Source: Lytechinus pictus (taxonomy: Eukaryota). From it: a DNA stretch of 64,000 nucleotides. Location of the stretch: NCBI RefSeq assembly GCF_037042905.1, contig NC_087246.1, forward strand, positions 47,988,001 through 48,052,000, read 5' to 3'. This document shows, one piece after another, positions 50,901 to 63,156 of the stretch. A program made the translations under genes and the position numbers. The notes under the pieces are model-generated. The model saw only the letters and a program-made list of their open reading frames with translations. It was not told the origin of the DNA and ran no database searches. Position 1 is the stretch's first letter. Every line of letters begins with the position of its first letter.

Positions 50901-52799
50901 TTCAGGGAATAGAGTATCTTTTTGTTTCCAATACTTGTTAAGGGTAGGGTGTCAGACGCTAATACTTGTTAAGGGGTGCATTTTCAGAATATGGAAAATA
51001 CGTGTTTAGGGTGCTTTTCGAGACCCCATGGTCGCGCATGGTATCCACTCGTCAATGGAAGTGCCCCCCCCCCCCCCCCGGGAAAAAAAATCAACAAAAA
51101 ACACCTAACCTCAACCAAGAGAATCCTAGCATACTCAGAAATAATGTGGGGGGGTACAAATAGAAGCCGGTATAGTGGCAGGTTAACTCACCCTCACAAC
51201 TGGCAATTACAACTCCAGTCACACCAGGGTGCTGCATTAACCTCTTGACTATATCTTCAACTTCAGCCTGTAATCAAAATTGAACAATATATGAAGTTCA
51301 GTTTATATTGAACAAGTAGAATGCCTCTGGCGGTCTCACCTGCATCACGCGATTCAATATAGCAGCAGTGTTGACTTTGAAAACTACTATAAAATAATTA
51401 TTCACAAAAAAACACTATTCATATAATGATACAATACGTTCATTGATATTTGACCTTAGAGCCAACATGAAGTTCCTCACACATATAAATAATTCGCTGC
51501 CGTATCGCATGCGATATGCGCGAGGTACTGGGTCCGGTCCGAGCTCGGACCCTCGCATGCGATGTTTTGAAATCGGCAGCGAATTATTTATACGTGTGAG
51601 GAACTTCATGTTGGCTCTAAATCACCAATTTTGAGACTGATAGAAGCATGGAAAAGAAGTGAAACTTGGTGTAAAGTAAAAATATTAGTTTTAATTGTTT
51701 TTAAATATCGTGATGTTGCATGAATTTTATATTTCCCCCCCCCATAAAATCCCACCTTTGTCACTCGGAATATCAGATCGAGTTCACGGTCTCGAAGTTC
51801 GGGTAGGTGGAGCGTAGTGTAGCGGTAGTGAAGTGGAGTGCACGAACTTCGCTCGAGGTAGTAGTAGATCTAACGTTAAAACTAGATCTAAGATTAAAAA
51901 GTCGAAGTCTGCCGGTGCGATCTTCTAGGACTTTCCAGGCCCAGGCCCTTGACTAGCTAGCCGAGGTAGATTTTTATTTGACTGATCATATACAACAAAA
52001 TCAATCACCAAGCTCTACGGCAGAACGGGACCTAGACCAAAAGCTTCGGTCTCTGTTAATTGGTTGTTCCGCTGAACTCCGTTGGCTCCATATGGAGACC
52101 AAAGTTCTGGCTCGATCTATATTACAGCCAGGGCTGACAGGGGACTCAATAAATATGTTTATGTATTAAGTTCGGATAAAACAGGGAAGTGAATTTGCAT
52201 GACAGCCGAAAGTAAGTCACTGTTTTTTCCTCTTTTAAATTTATTTTTCCCCGTTTTGTTGCATTTCAGGCCAAAATGGAATAATAATCTTTATTTTGGT
52301 AGGCCCTAACTGTTACCTGCTAGTAACTAGTGTTAGGGCTTAGGCCTAGGACCTAGTTCTTAATTTTATATTTTTATGAAATGAAGACAAAAATCGATGA
52401 GCCCCGTCGGGGGGATTTCGCATTGTTAACCCCCTAATGGTGGCTGCACGATAGCGAGCCGTCTGTGTACGAGGAGAATTTAAAAAAATAAAAATATTAA
52501 CAAACTCCTCGAAATTACAGACGGCTGCCAGCCGTCTATACGGGACCAAGCCAGGGACGGGCCTTCGGAGAGGCTTCGGCGGCGGAGCTGAGCTCCCGGT
52601 TAGAGACTGGGGTTGCACAGCAAAACGAACCCACACACAACTGACATCTAAGTTATTCCTTTACTTTACTATCACACCTATCGTCATAATTGATTTGCCA
52701 GTGCTTTATGAATTATTGAACGAATATACATAATGACCTTCACTCTATAATACTATGAAAATACATGAAATATAGAATACAGACAACATTTCTCACCAT
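47996..52799 (-). CDS. DYNLRB: Dynein light chain roadblock-type (LC7) paralog 2, 4 exons, 98 aa
   Basis: Exons 52797-52799 (ATG|GTGAGA), 51192-51267, 49337-49504, 47996-48045. Translation: MAEVEDIVKRLMQHPGVTGVVIASCEGIPIRTTFNNEKATHYAARYVDLINKARRCVQDTDPTNDLSFVRVRTKAHEIMVAPDKDFILIVTQKPSEAC. Confidence 0.9.
50517..51082. mobile_element. MITE with poly-G / poly-C ends
   Basis: CCCGGGGG..CCACTTCCATTGACGAGTGGATACCATGCGCGACCA ... TGGTCGCGCATGGTATCCACTCGTCAATGGAAGTG..CCCCGGG. Confidence 0.85.
51310..51457 (-). mobile_element. 3' end fragment of a family A HINE
   Basis: Reverse complement of about 14495-14635. Confidence 0.75.
51456..51620. mobile_element. Palindromic MITE, about 165 bp
   Basis: TTAGAGCCAACATGAAGTTCCTCACAC ... 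GTGTGAGGAACTTCATGTTGGCTCTAA. Confidence 0.8.
52033..52275. repeat. Non-coding block homologous to 27864-28112
   Basis: Same conserved strings, same orientation. Confidence 0.85.
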
Positions 52800-52820
52800 A
52801 TTTCTTCTTCCTGTGTTGTT

Positions 52821-52834
52821 GTTGCTAGGTCAAT
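52821..52834. promoter_or_regulatory. Candidate RFX X-box upstream of roadblock paralog 2
   Basis: GTTGCTAGGTCAAT about 22 bp upstream of the ATG; resembles GTTGCTAGGCAAC. Confidence 0.45.
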
Positions 52835-55026
52835 TCGTGATCGTAGTGTATTTGCGCATGCGCGATATACCGCAGCCCCATATAGTACGTCATCGAAATG
52901 CTTTTTATTTGACGATCAAAATTAGGAAACCTTATATCAATTTTATGAATTCATATGAAATGGCTAAAATATTATGGAAATTGTGTAGCAATGTTATAAC
53001 TTTTCCCATTCTTAAAAACTTATAGTGGAAGAGTATCCATGTTGGATTAGAAAATAGAAAATAGACAACTACTACAGGGGCGGATTCCCTGGTGGATTTT
53101 GCAGGGGGCGGGGGGGGGGGGCATTTTTGTACACGAAAAAAATGACAAGCAAAAAAAATGTTTTTACCACGGAATGGAAGTCATATTTTGTTCCAGGAAA
53201 AATTTGACAAGCAAAAAATAGGTCCTCACTTGCGTATGCATGACATATTCCCCTCACAAAAAAACTGTGTCTCTAAAAAGGGGGGGGTACGAACCGGACG
53301 TGCCCCTACCTGCAAGCTAGGGAAACCATTAAGGCATATATAAGGTACCAACTGCTGAAGAGATAGGCCTACCACCAAAGCTTATTAAAAGTAAAGAGTG
53401 GGAGCACTCGACCCTTTCTATTTTTTACATTCAAACTTTTCATTCAGTTTCATTAATCATTGAGTATAACGATCTGATGATTTTCCGCATATAACATGCC
53501 TTGTTTAATTTCTATTTTTATGAATTATCCGCCTGAATATGAATTTTCAAAATGCTTTGGGTTTTGTACAATATTATGAATTATTATTTGACTTTATGAA
53601 CAGTGTTTTGTTGAAGTGAACATTTTGTATAATGTACCATTACTTGTATGATTTGAACTGAATGAATTTAATAGGTTTTCCCGGCCAATTCCGTCGAATT
53701 TCATCCGATTGGATGTAATCATTCAATTTAAAACAAATTTGAATGACGGTAGGCCTACCTATAAAATTAACATTTCAAAAGCCTTGTATTGCTTAATTTT
53801 TGTTTGACACTCAAGAGATTTCCTGGTTATCTCACTTAAACATGTAAAAAGAGCGATTAATTTGAAATAGTTCAAGAACTTAATTGTTTTAAATTCACAC
53901 CGGCACCCTCTTTGCGAACGTTTCGGAATTCAAATTCATGAATATGCAATCATTTACAGGATTTGGGCAGTGATTTTCGTTGTTGCCTGTGTTTTGTTGT
54001 TGTTGTTTTTTTTTTAATAATTATGATTATGGAAAGGTGAAATGCTATGAAATTGGATCTTTACCATTTACTGAAATATGTCTGACAAACCATCATTGGA
54101 GTAAGAGCTCTTTTTGTTCCACTCTGATAACAATATAGATTGTGGCCAATACCATAATATCTAACCCAATCCCCAAATCACAATTTTAAAAAGAGATAAA
54201 AGAAAAAAAAAACACCCGTAATCACCAACCCACTCACCAATTACTGAAAAAAATAACGGTTTATAAACATATCTTATATGTGTTACATCGATTACGCTAT
54301 ATTCTTCATTAATAGAATAAGATGAATTTAACTGAAAAACACAAAGATAAGTTTGACAAGGGCAAAACTCAGAAAACATGTTAAATGAATTTCGACGCTT
54401 AAAGTGCAAATGAGTGTGCCTATAAAATAAAATTGAAAATTGTATTTAGGGTATACGACCATTCCGTCGGCACGAAATTAAATGACAACTTTAGGTCGTT
54501 AATTTTAACGAAAAATTGAATTTCTATAAACTCTAAATGAATGATAGAAAATGGAATTGAATGTTGAGGAATGAAAATGAATCATGTGTACAGAATGACT
54601 GACAAAAGTATTTCGAACTTAATTGTACGGCCATTCATTAATTTAAATGCAAATCTGATGAAATTAGACGGGGAAACCTTTATTATAAAACAAAAAGTCA
54701 AGTTCAGACAAAAGAAAATGATGATGATGATGTTTTACACTAAAGGTGGAAGTGAAATACATGGGCCGCGGAACGGTTTTCAAAGTGGGGGGGGGGGGCT
54801 GAGCTAAAAGTGGGGGGCTGACCATGTAAAAAAAACAGTCATATGTTTTACGTGTTTGTACACGGTTTTTGAAAAAGTGGGGGGCTGAAGCCCCCAGTCC
54901 CGCGCTTTCGCGGCCCCTGAAATATACGATTCTATACCTGTATTATCAGGCGCGTTCTATAATACTAACAGTTTTTTGGAGGGGCTTCTGCGGGCTTGAG
55001 ATTTTTTTTTATATTGGTCATTAATT

Positions 55027-55250
55027 TAAGCTAGGGTTACACCAGAACCGAATTCTCCCGAATAAAGTCGGACCGATTCTGCCCGAATATATACGGCCTG
55101 ATTCGGTTTCGGTGGATTCGAATGTTCCCTAATCCCTCCCGAATTTTCTCGCATTCGCGGAGGGAGACTGACAGAATACTCCCGAAACCACCCGAATACG
55201 TGTATTCGGAAAAATTCGCAGCTGATTCGGTTCCGGTGTAACCCTAACTA
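55027..55250. mobile_element. MITE with internal CCGAAT subrepeats
   Basis: TAGGGTTACACCAGAACCGAAT ... ATTCGGTTCCGGTGTAACCCTA. Confidence 0.7.
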
Positions 55251-55489
55251 CAAGATAAATGGCCTGTTATGGCCATATACGGACCAAGCAGGAATTGGTA
55301 TTTACCCCCCCCCCCCCGCGAAAAATGATTTCCAATTGTAATGCGGAAGGGCGTAGCGACCGAGCAAAAAAAGGAAACAATAAAGTGTATTTAAAAATCA
55401 TTTCATTCACCCATTGGGGGATGGTATTTCGCTTCACGATAACTGGCAATCAGGATGGGGGTTTGTATTGTCAATTTCTCCAGGACTTT

Positions 55490-56460
55490 ATTATATGCGA
55501 TCGAGCGACAAAATTTTCGGAAGCTATTTCACGAAACCTCAGTTTTGAGCTTGATTTTTTTTTAAAGTACATGTAGCGTAGATTGGTAATCATGAACTGG
55601 ATGGGTATCTTACAAATCTTTTATGCGAGCGCAAAGCGCGAGCTTAAAACTTTTAATATTCCGACCCAAAGTTGGACATTCTAAGCACTTTATCTAACCA
55701 TGATAGGATCGTCATAATCTATCTCAACATTTTATGATAGCGCGAGCTGACAAATTTTGACATTCTAAGCATTATGTTTTAACCATGAACAATTTTATGT
55801 TTTATGTTTTAACCATGAATTTAAACAATTGTAAGAACGCGAAGCGCGAGCCAAAAAATTAAAATTCTGACCTAAAATTTGGACATTCTAAGCACTTTTG
55901 GAATTCATGTACAGGATGGTCATTTAACTTAACAATGGATGCGAGCGCGAAGCGCGAGCTAAAAAATTTTGAGACCCTGCCTTAAGATTTGGACATTCAA
56001 AGCACTTCCCGTAATCATGAACAGGATGGACATCTAATTAATCGATGCGAGCACGAAGCGCGAACTGAAAATTTTTGATATTCCGACGAAAACTTGTCAT
56101 TCTAAGCACATTTTGTGACCATGAACAGGATGAATATCTTTCTAAACAATTATTGATGCGAGTTCGAAGCGCGAGCTGAATTTTGTTATACTCTGATTTA
56201 AAATTTGGACATTCGAGTAAGCATTGTTGGTGAAGATGAACAGGATGAGTGTCTAACAAACATTTCATGCGAGCGCGATTTTGATCTTCCGATCAAAAAT
56301 TTGACATTCTAAGCACTTTATCTAACCGTGAACAGGATCGTCACCTTATTAAACAATTGATGCGAGCGCGATGAAAATATTTGATATTCTGATCTAAAAT
56401 TTGCACTTTTGGTATGAACAGGATGGGCATCTAACTATAGGAATTTTATGCGAGAAAGCA
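55490..56460 (+). repeat. Diverged ~105-120 bp tandem repeat (GATGCGAGCGCGAAGCGCGAGC core)
   Basis: Recurrent GCGAAGCGCGAGC...TTGGACATTCTAAGCAC...CATGAACAGGATG units; inverted copies at about 57140-57830. Confidence 0.75.
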
Positions 56461-56499
56461 TGAGTTTGGCGTCCCCCCCCCCCCATGTGAAACATAATT

Positions 56500-56950
56500 T
56501 GCCCCCCGGTCAAACATCAAATCGGTGATCCAAAGGTCGAATATGAATTTGGCGCCCCCTCCCTAGGTTGAACATGAATCTGGCGCCCCAGGACAAACAT
56601 CAAAATGGCGCCCCTATGTCGAACATCATTTCGGCGCCCCTCTAGGTTGAACATCAATTCGGCGCCCCAATGTCGAACATCAATTCGGTGCTCCTAGGTC
56701 AAACATCAATTAGGCGCCCCTATATAATTATGTCGAACATCATTTCGGCGCCCCCCTCCCCTAGGTCGGACATCAGTTCGGCGCCCCCCCCCCCCCCATG
56801 TCGAACATCAATTCGGCGCCCCCTATGTCGAACATCAATTCGGCGCCCCTAAGTCAAACATCAATTCGGCGCCCCCCCCCCCTCTTCTCTTCTTCTTTCC
56901 CTCCCCTTTTCTTTCCCTCTGTTTCTTCCTCTTTTCGGCGCCCCTTTTTC
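56500..56950 (+). repeat. ~26-30 bp minisatellite GTCGAACATCAATTCGGCGCCCC
   Basis: More than 10 imperfect copies seen directly. Confidence 0.85.
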
Positions 56951-58918
56951 GCCTACCCAGGGGTCCGGGCCCCGAAAGCCCCCCCCCCCGAATACGCACA
57001 TGATATGCACAAATTATTCCAGAACCAGTCCATGATCTAATCGCTGTTTGAATGAGTTACTTTATTTATTTTTGTTTAAGCGAGATATAATTACGCACCC
57101 AGCATGTTTATGATTACAAAAAGTGAAGACTATAGCAGAAATGTTCAGCTCGTGCTTCGATTAGCGAGATTCGTATCACCTTCCTATATTCCAACGAACA
57201 GTGTTTAAAATATCAATTTTTCAGGTCAGTAGGCCTATATCAATTATTTTCAGCGCTTTGCATTCACATTAAAGGGGTACTCCAGGCTGAAAATGATATG
57301 ATTTGAACATATATAGAAAAATCAGACAAACAAAACACTGAAAAAGTATGATTAAAATCGGAAAAGGAATAACGAAGTTCTGCCATTTAAAAATTTGCAC
57401 TTTCGGTTTATCAGTTCTAAATATCTTAATGAATATTCAATGAGATGATCATGTCATATTCTCACTTTTTCTTGCATAAAATGATCAGCTTTAAGATAGG
57501 AATATAAAAAATTGTCAGCTAGCGCTTCGCGCTCGCATTAACAAGACGCCCATCCTTTTTTATGATTACAAAGAGTGAATATAGAATGTCCTTTTTAGTT
57601 CTAAACTTCATAAATGCTTTCGCTTTGAATTTGCAATAATTGCTTATTATATATATATATATACATTTATTTATTTATGTATATCTTGTCTAAGCTGTCA
57701 TTTTTTCCGGATGGAAATGATCAACAGATAAAAACTGATAATTGGTACAGAAAATGGCTTAGAATGTCAAATTTTCAGGTGAGAATGTAAAAAAATGTTA
57801 GCTCGCACTTCCGGCGCTCGCATTATCTGGTTACTTGTTGAGATAATGTATCCTCCCCGTGATCGAGTCACAGCAACCAGTCCGAAACACGGTCCCATTT
57901 CATGTTTTCATATAGTGTCATATAGGCCTAGCTATTAAAAATTTTGGCGACAACCAAATGTCTGTGCCTGCAGACTATGGGGCCAGTCGCACCCGAGGGA
58001 GTGAACCGGCCGAATTGGCCTATTAAACAGAAATAAAAAGTTGTCTATACATCAATCTTCATGTGCTCTTCATGATTAACGTCTCTCCATGAGGTTTTCC
58101 AATTTTTGCGAAAAGTCATTTTCCACGAACTTAACGAAAAGACTGTCGACATGCAGTTATATATATCGTCATTCTATAAAGAGACCTGTACGACTATATA
58201 ATTCTTTTAAGCTTCAGGAGGATATTCCAGATATATCATTTTATCAGATTTTTTCAAAGTTTAAACTTTTTTGATACGCACAACTTAATTCCCGGACACA
58301 GAAAACGCTTGTGAGAAATATAATTCCTTCTCGATTTCTCGACAAAATTAAGGAATGTTTTCAATCCCAAAAAAAATTAACACTGAACAAGAGCAACGTA
58401 GGCCTATATATAATTCACATACCTCTCTCATATGATTTTGAGATAATAGTATATTATGATGTAGGCCTACTGGTTTTCTGGACTGGTTTGCTGGACTGAT
58501 TTACGGAAATGAATTCTTTTGAGGGGTAATTAGGGCAGGCCTAATCGGCTAATCGCTATACAACATATTTTTAAACATAAACTTTACTTTGTTTGTGCTA
58601 ATCAGACAGTCTGCGCCGAGATTAAGGTTTTGTCAGTCAGCAAGTGAGTGGAGGAAGGGAAACAGAGTGCCACGTTTTCAGGAGGAAGAACGGATGTTGA
58701 AGCACCAGGGAGGAATGATCACGGGTAGGAAGATATCGGTCCGCAGGTGTCTCGGTCGGCCACGTACACATATTTTGGGAACCCTCACGAAACTCAGACG
58801 TGCACTTCATTCAGTAAGCAGTTGGGCAGACAGGTAGACGTCTCTAGCATCACAGACAGAAGACTTGTTTGGAGGTTTTAAAATTTGAACTTATATCATA
58901 TTATTTTCACCATTCAAG

Positions 58919-60942
58919 ATGGAATTAAGTACTATTCTCACTCTTCTAGTTGGGTTTTTATCTTCATTTGTCAGGGTAAGTTGGTTTTATTTTGTCTCAT
59001 ATGTCATATTGTATGTTCTGGTGATCGAGATGGAGATGCGGAGTATAGCGCGAGAGTATTTTTGGAGTTTCTCAACATTGCCTTATAATTATTTCTAGTA
59101 CGATCTTTACCTTGTGACTGTGTTAAAACATTTGCATGATATTATGTTGAGGATCATTGTGTAATAAGTTATTCATTACGCTTACTCACTTGTTTGGCAC
59201 GTATCCTTATTAAGTTCAACTATTTTTAAGCTCCAATTTTGCGGTGGTGTACTGTTTGTTAAAGTTTTTGTGAAACTAAAAGTGTGTCTTAATTGAGGCG
59301 AATCTTCTGCGGTAGTTTCGGATACGTAGTCTATCTAAAAAAAAATTGAATACATCATCTCTTTTTCTTACTTATGTTTAAATTGATCCGAAGATAATTG
59401 GGGTGAATCTTGTCATTGCAAAGTTATTATGCACACTTTCTAAGTTTCTATGAAGTCAAAGAAAGTGCAGGGCCTTGCATACATACCGGCTATGAGCTAT
59501 GCCTGAGCCACTCGTACATTGGGATTACATTGCGGAACTGCATCGTTTTGGGGTCATATGTGATGCGTTGCCACGTTGCGGTGTGGGCCCTTCCTCCTTG
59601 ATAAGTGAAAGTGCACATAGATCAGGGACAGATGCGATACCGATTTTGTCAAGGGTCAATAATTCACTGCATAACTATATGGGGTATATATGTCATACAC
59701 CATACGTAGCATGCCCTGGAAATCAATTTGGTATGCTAACATGCAGAAAATTTACCAAATGTTGGGGGAAAACCTACTTCATTTATTTATTTGTTATTTT
59801 TTTATTATTTTTGCTTGTCAAGTTTTTTCTGAGCAACATCACCTTCATTTTGGAGTGAAACCGTTTCTTTTTCTTCTTTTTTATTACTTTGCTTGTCAAT
59901 TTCTTTTTCAAAACCATCACCCCCTCTCTTCAAAGATAGTTCAAATCCCCTGGTTTACTGATGTGAATCACTGGTGACTTAAATTGATCATCATAGCTCC
60001 TAAGGATCATTAATGTATCAAAATGTTTTATAGAATGTTGACACTCTCTATTACAGGGAAAATCAATTTATATGAACACAAATTCTAGATTGTTCAATTT
60101 TCATAGGTGCACTATATTCTTTGTATGTTTTTTATATTGTTATTCTAAGAAACTGTTATATTAATTTCCAAACCATAACATCACAAAATTTTACAACTGT
60201 ACAAAGCAATGGTCTGTTGAGGTGCCTTTAGATATATAAGCAAAGCTTTTGAGGGCAGACTTATACAGGGAACAAATACTTTTATGGTGGCACAATGGTC
60301 AATGATTGCCCCCCCCCCCCCAATAAAAAAATCAATATGATAACATTTTTTAACTTTCCATTAGATGATTATTAAAGTTTCATTCCCATATTTATTTCCA
60401 ATTCAAAACAAAATTCAAAATATTAAAGTTTGGTGAAATGAGGATGGGACCAGAATATTCCTAATTTAACTGTTTTAGTGCTTTAAACATGTAAAAAGCC
60501 CTACATTATAAAAAGGAAGTTCCTAATCAGGCGCGTATATCCAGCAGCAGATCCTACAAAGCATATCATGGGCCAGATTTGTCCGGGGACAATAGTGACT
60601 CGTATTATGCTTGTGCATGGGCCCATACATTTCTTTGTCATAGTTGATGGTGGATACGCTATTGCTAATAACACTATTTCACTGACTCATGTCCTAATTC
60701 AGTAATTTCCTTTTTTTTCTTTTCTTAGGCGGATGATCCAGATGTTGTTGCCATGGTAACCCACAGAGTCAAATTTGACATAAGCATTGGTGGAGAGCCA
60801 GCGGGCACAATTGAGCTTGGTCTCTTTGGAGATGTTGTTCCCAAGACAGTTGCCAATTTTGTGCAGTTTGCTGATCCTTTGAACAAGGAAAACTATGTTG
60901 ACACCAAATTCCACAGGGTGATCAAGAACTTCATGATCCAAG
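58919..60942 (+). CDS. PPIB: Cyclophilin-type peptidyl-prolyl isomerase with signal peptide (PPIB/cyclophilin B-like), first two coding exons; the gene continues beyond these
   Basis: Exon 58919-58975 MELSTILTLLVGFLSSFVR|GTAAGT; exon 60729-60942 ADDPDVVAMVTHRVKFDISIGGEPAGTIELGLFGDVVPKTVANF...KFHRVIKNFMIQG. No further exon recognised before the window ends. The symbol indicates subfamily, not proven orthology. Confidence 0.85.
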
Positions 60943-61635
60943 GTGTGTAAACCACTCACTATATACCCTTTGCAAGGCTCCACACTAACTTTTTTTCTTG
61001 GTTGCCCGATCAGCCCATCAATTTCATATTTTTGGTTGCCCGCAAAGCAAATTTGGTGGCCCTAAAACAATAGAAAACATTACAATTTATCTAAAATTTG
61101 GTAGCCCAACTGGGCCACTTAAGAGTGAGCTTTTACAGCATTTTGGTGGCCCCATTCTCATTTTTGGTTGCCCTGGGCCACTGCTAATGTCGAGCCCTGC
61201 CCTTTGGTATGTGGGGGTATGTGTTGAAGTGATTGCTGGTAAACTCCTTCAGAAAAATAAATGTGCATTGACATAATTTCAGTGGCCTCAGTTATAGCCT
61301 AAAATGAAATCACATTAAGTTATTTGAACTCTATTCTTTCTTGGGGAAATAGAACACATATTAACCAAAAGTGTCAAAGCAAATTGAAAACTAATGGCAA
61401 TTTTTTTTTTGTTCACCCAGTTATGAAAGTTTAAAACAATAACAGCTACAATTTCAGATTGCATATTTGCGTCAGTCGTTGTTTAACCCAATGTCTTAAG
61501 GAATATGACGTTTGATTTCATTTCAGCATTAATGAAGTTGTCAATGTTATTTTAATGTGGGCAGTGGTAACCTCATTTACCTACTATATATTGCCATTCA
61601 AAGAAAGGAAAGTATACATGGTCCTTCATTTGACC

Positions 61636-62459
61636 CTGGCTGCATTTATGCGACCTCAAGCCAGAATCATGATTTGAATCATGATTCGAATCATGATTCA
61701 AAACACAAACATGAATCACAATATCACAGAATCAGCGTTTAGACGACCTTCATTCCAATGCTGTTTCTCCTCAGATTCGGGCCAATCCAGTGCGCATCAC
61801 TAGTGCGCAGTTTGACAGGAAGTTTTTCGCACGTGTTTCGGCTCTCGAAAAATCTTTTGCTTCCAGAATTCAGTCTATACCTAATTTTGTTTACTTCTAT
61901 CATATAGGGTCCATATGCTTCTATTCATCTTGTTAGTTTATCCAAAATGGTGTTCGGAAGTGAATTTCAGCGTAGATCCAATTTAATATTGAAACTGTAT
62001 ACTCAACAACAACTGAGATCATTGTCTGTCCAGTTAATTCATTTACTAGAAGTTGAAGTTGAAGACATGACCAAAAAATGAACAGTAGTGTACGATGCGA
62101 TGACCAACACAGAACTTGAACATGACAAGAAATGCATGCATAGTACATAATCATGTACATACAATGAGCATATAGAGCGCCTTGAGCTTGGCAATAGTCA
62201 AACCGAAAGTAGCCCGACACAGTGAGGTCATATATAATCATGATTCAGATCACGATATCGTTTATTCGAACATTTTCGTACGTGATTCTGCAGAAACGTC
62301 TTTCCAAACGCCCCTTTTTTCGTGTTTCATGTTTGTGATTCTAATCATGATTATATTCAATTTCGACTAAACGCAATCGTGATTCTGCAGAATCATGATT
62401 TGAATCATGATTCAGATCATGATTCTAGGGTAAAAAAGTGGCGGATAAACGCACCCCCT
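61636..62459. mobile_element. MITE with AATCATGATT subterminal palindromes
   Basis: GGCTGCATTTATGCGAC ... GGCGGATAAACGCACCC; arms share ATCATGATTTGAATCATGATTC. Confidence 0.65.
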
Positions 62460-62769
62460 GACACTCAGACAGTCTGTCAATAATCCGTAGCAGGCAGGAA
62501 ATAACCTGGAAAAATCCAGAGTCTGTTCTTTATTCAGAATCGAACTTCCTCAACTTATGAATATTCATAAAGGCAGGATGTGAAGGTACATCCTCCATTT
62601 CCTTTAGACTAGTGGCAGCGTGGCAATATTTGATTAGTGTTGCATATATTTACTTATCCTACATCACAGTGATGTGTTGAAGATAAAGTGATCTACAAGG
62701 GTTGGTAAAATTCACGTCCTTCAAGTCTGCAATATCTGATCCAGTGATACCACTTGCATTCAGAAAATT

Positions 62770-63156
62770 TTTGGAGTATTGATATCGCTTACTTTCAGAA
62801 AATATTTATTGTTTTGAATTTTGATATCACTTACTTTCAGAAAGCATTTGTAGTTTTTATACTACTTACTTTCAGAATATTTGTAGTTTAGTTTACTTAC
62901 TTTCAGTAAATATTTGTAGTTTACTTACTTTCAGAATATATTTGTAGTTTTGATACCACTTATTTTCAGAAAATGTAGTTTAGTTAAATACTTACTTTCA
63001 GAAAATATTTGTAGTTTTGATACCACTTCCTTTCAGAAAATAATCGTAGTTTTGATACCACTTACTTTCAGAAAATAATAATAGTTTTGATACCACTTAC
63101 TTTCAGAAAATATTTGCAGTTTTGAAATCACTTAATTGCAGAAAATATTTGCAGTT
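62770..63156 (+). repeat. ~36-bp minisatellite CACTTACTTTCAGAAAATATTTGTAGTTTTGATAC
   Basis: About 11 imperfect copies in the cyclophilin intron. Confidence 0.85.
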
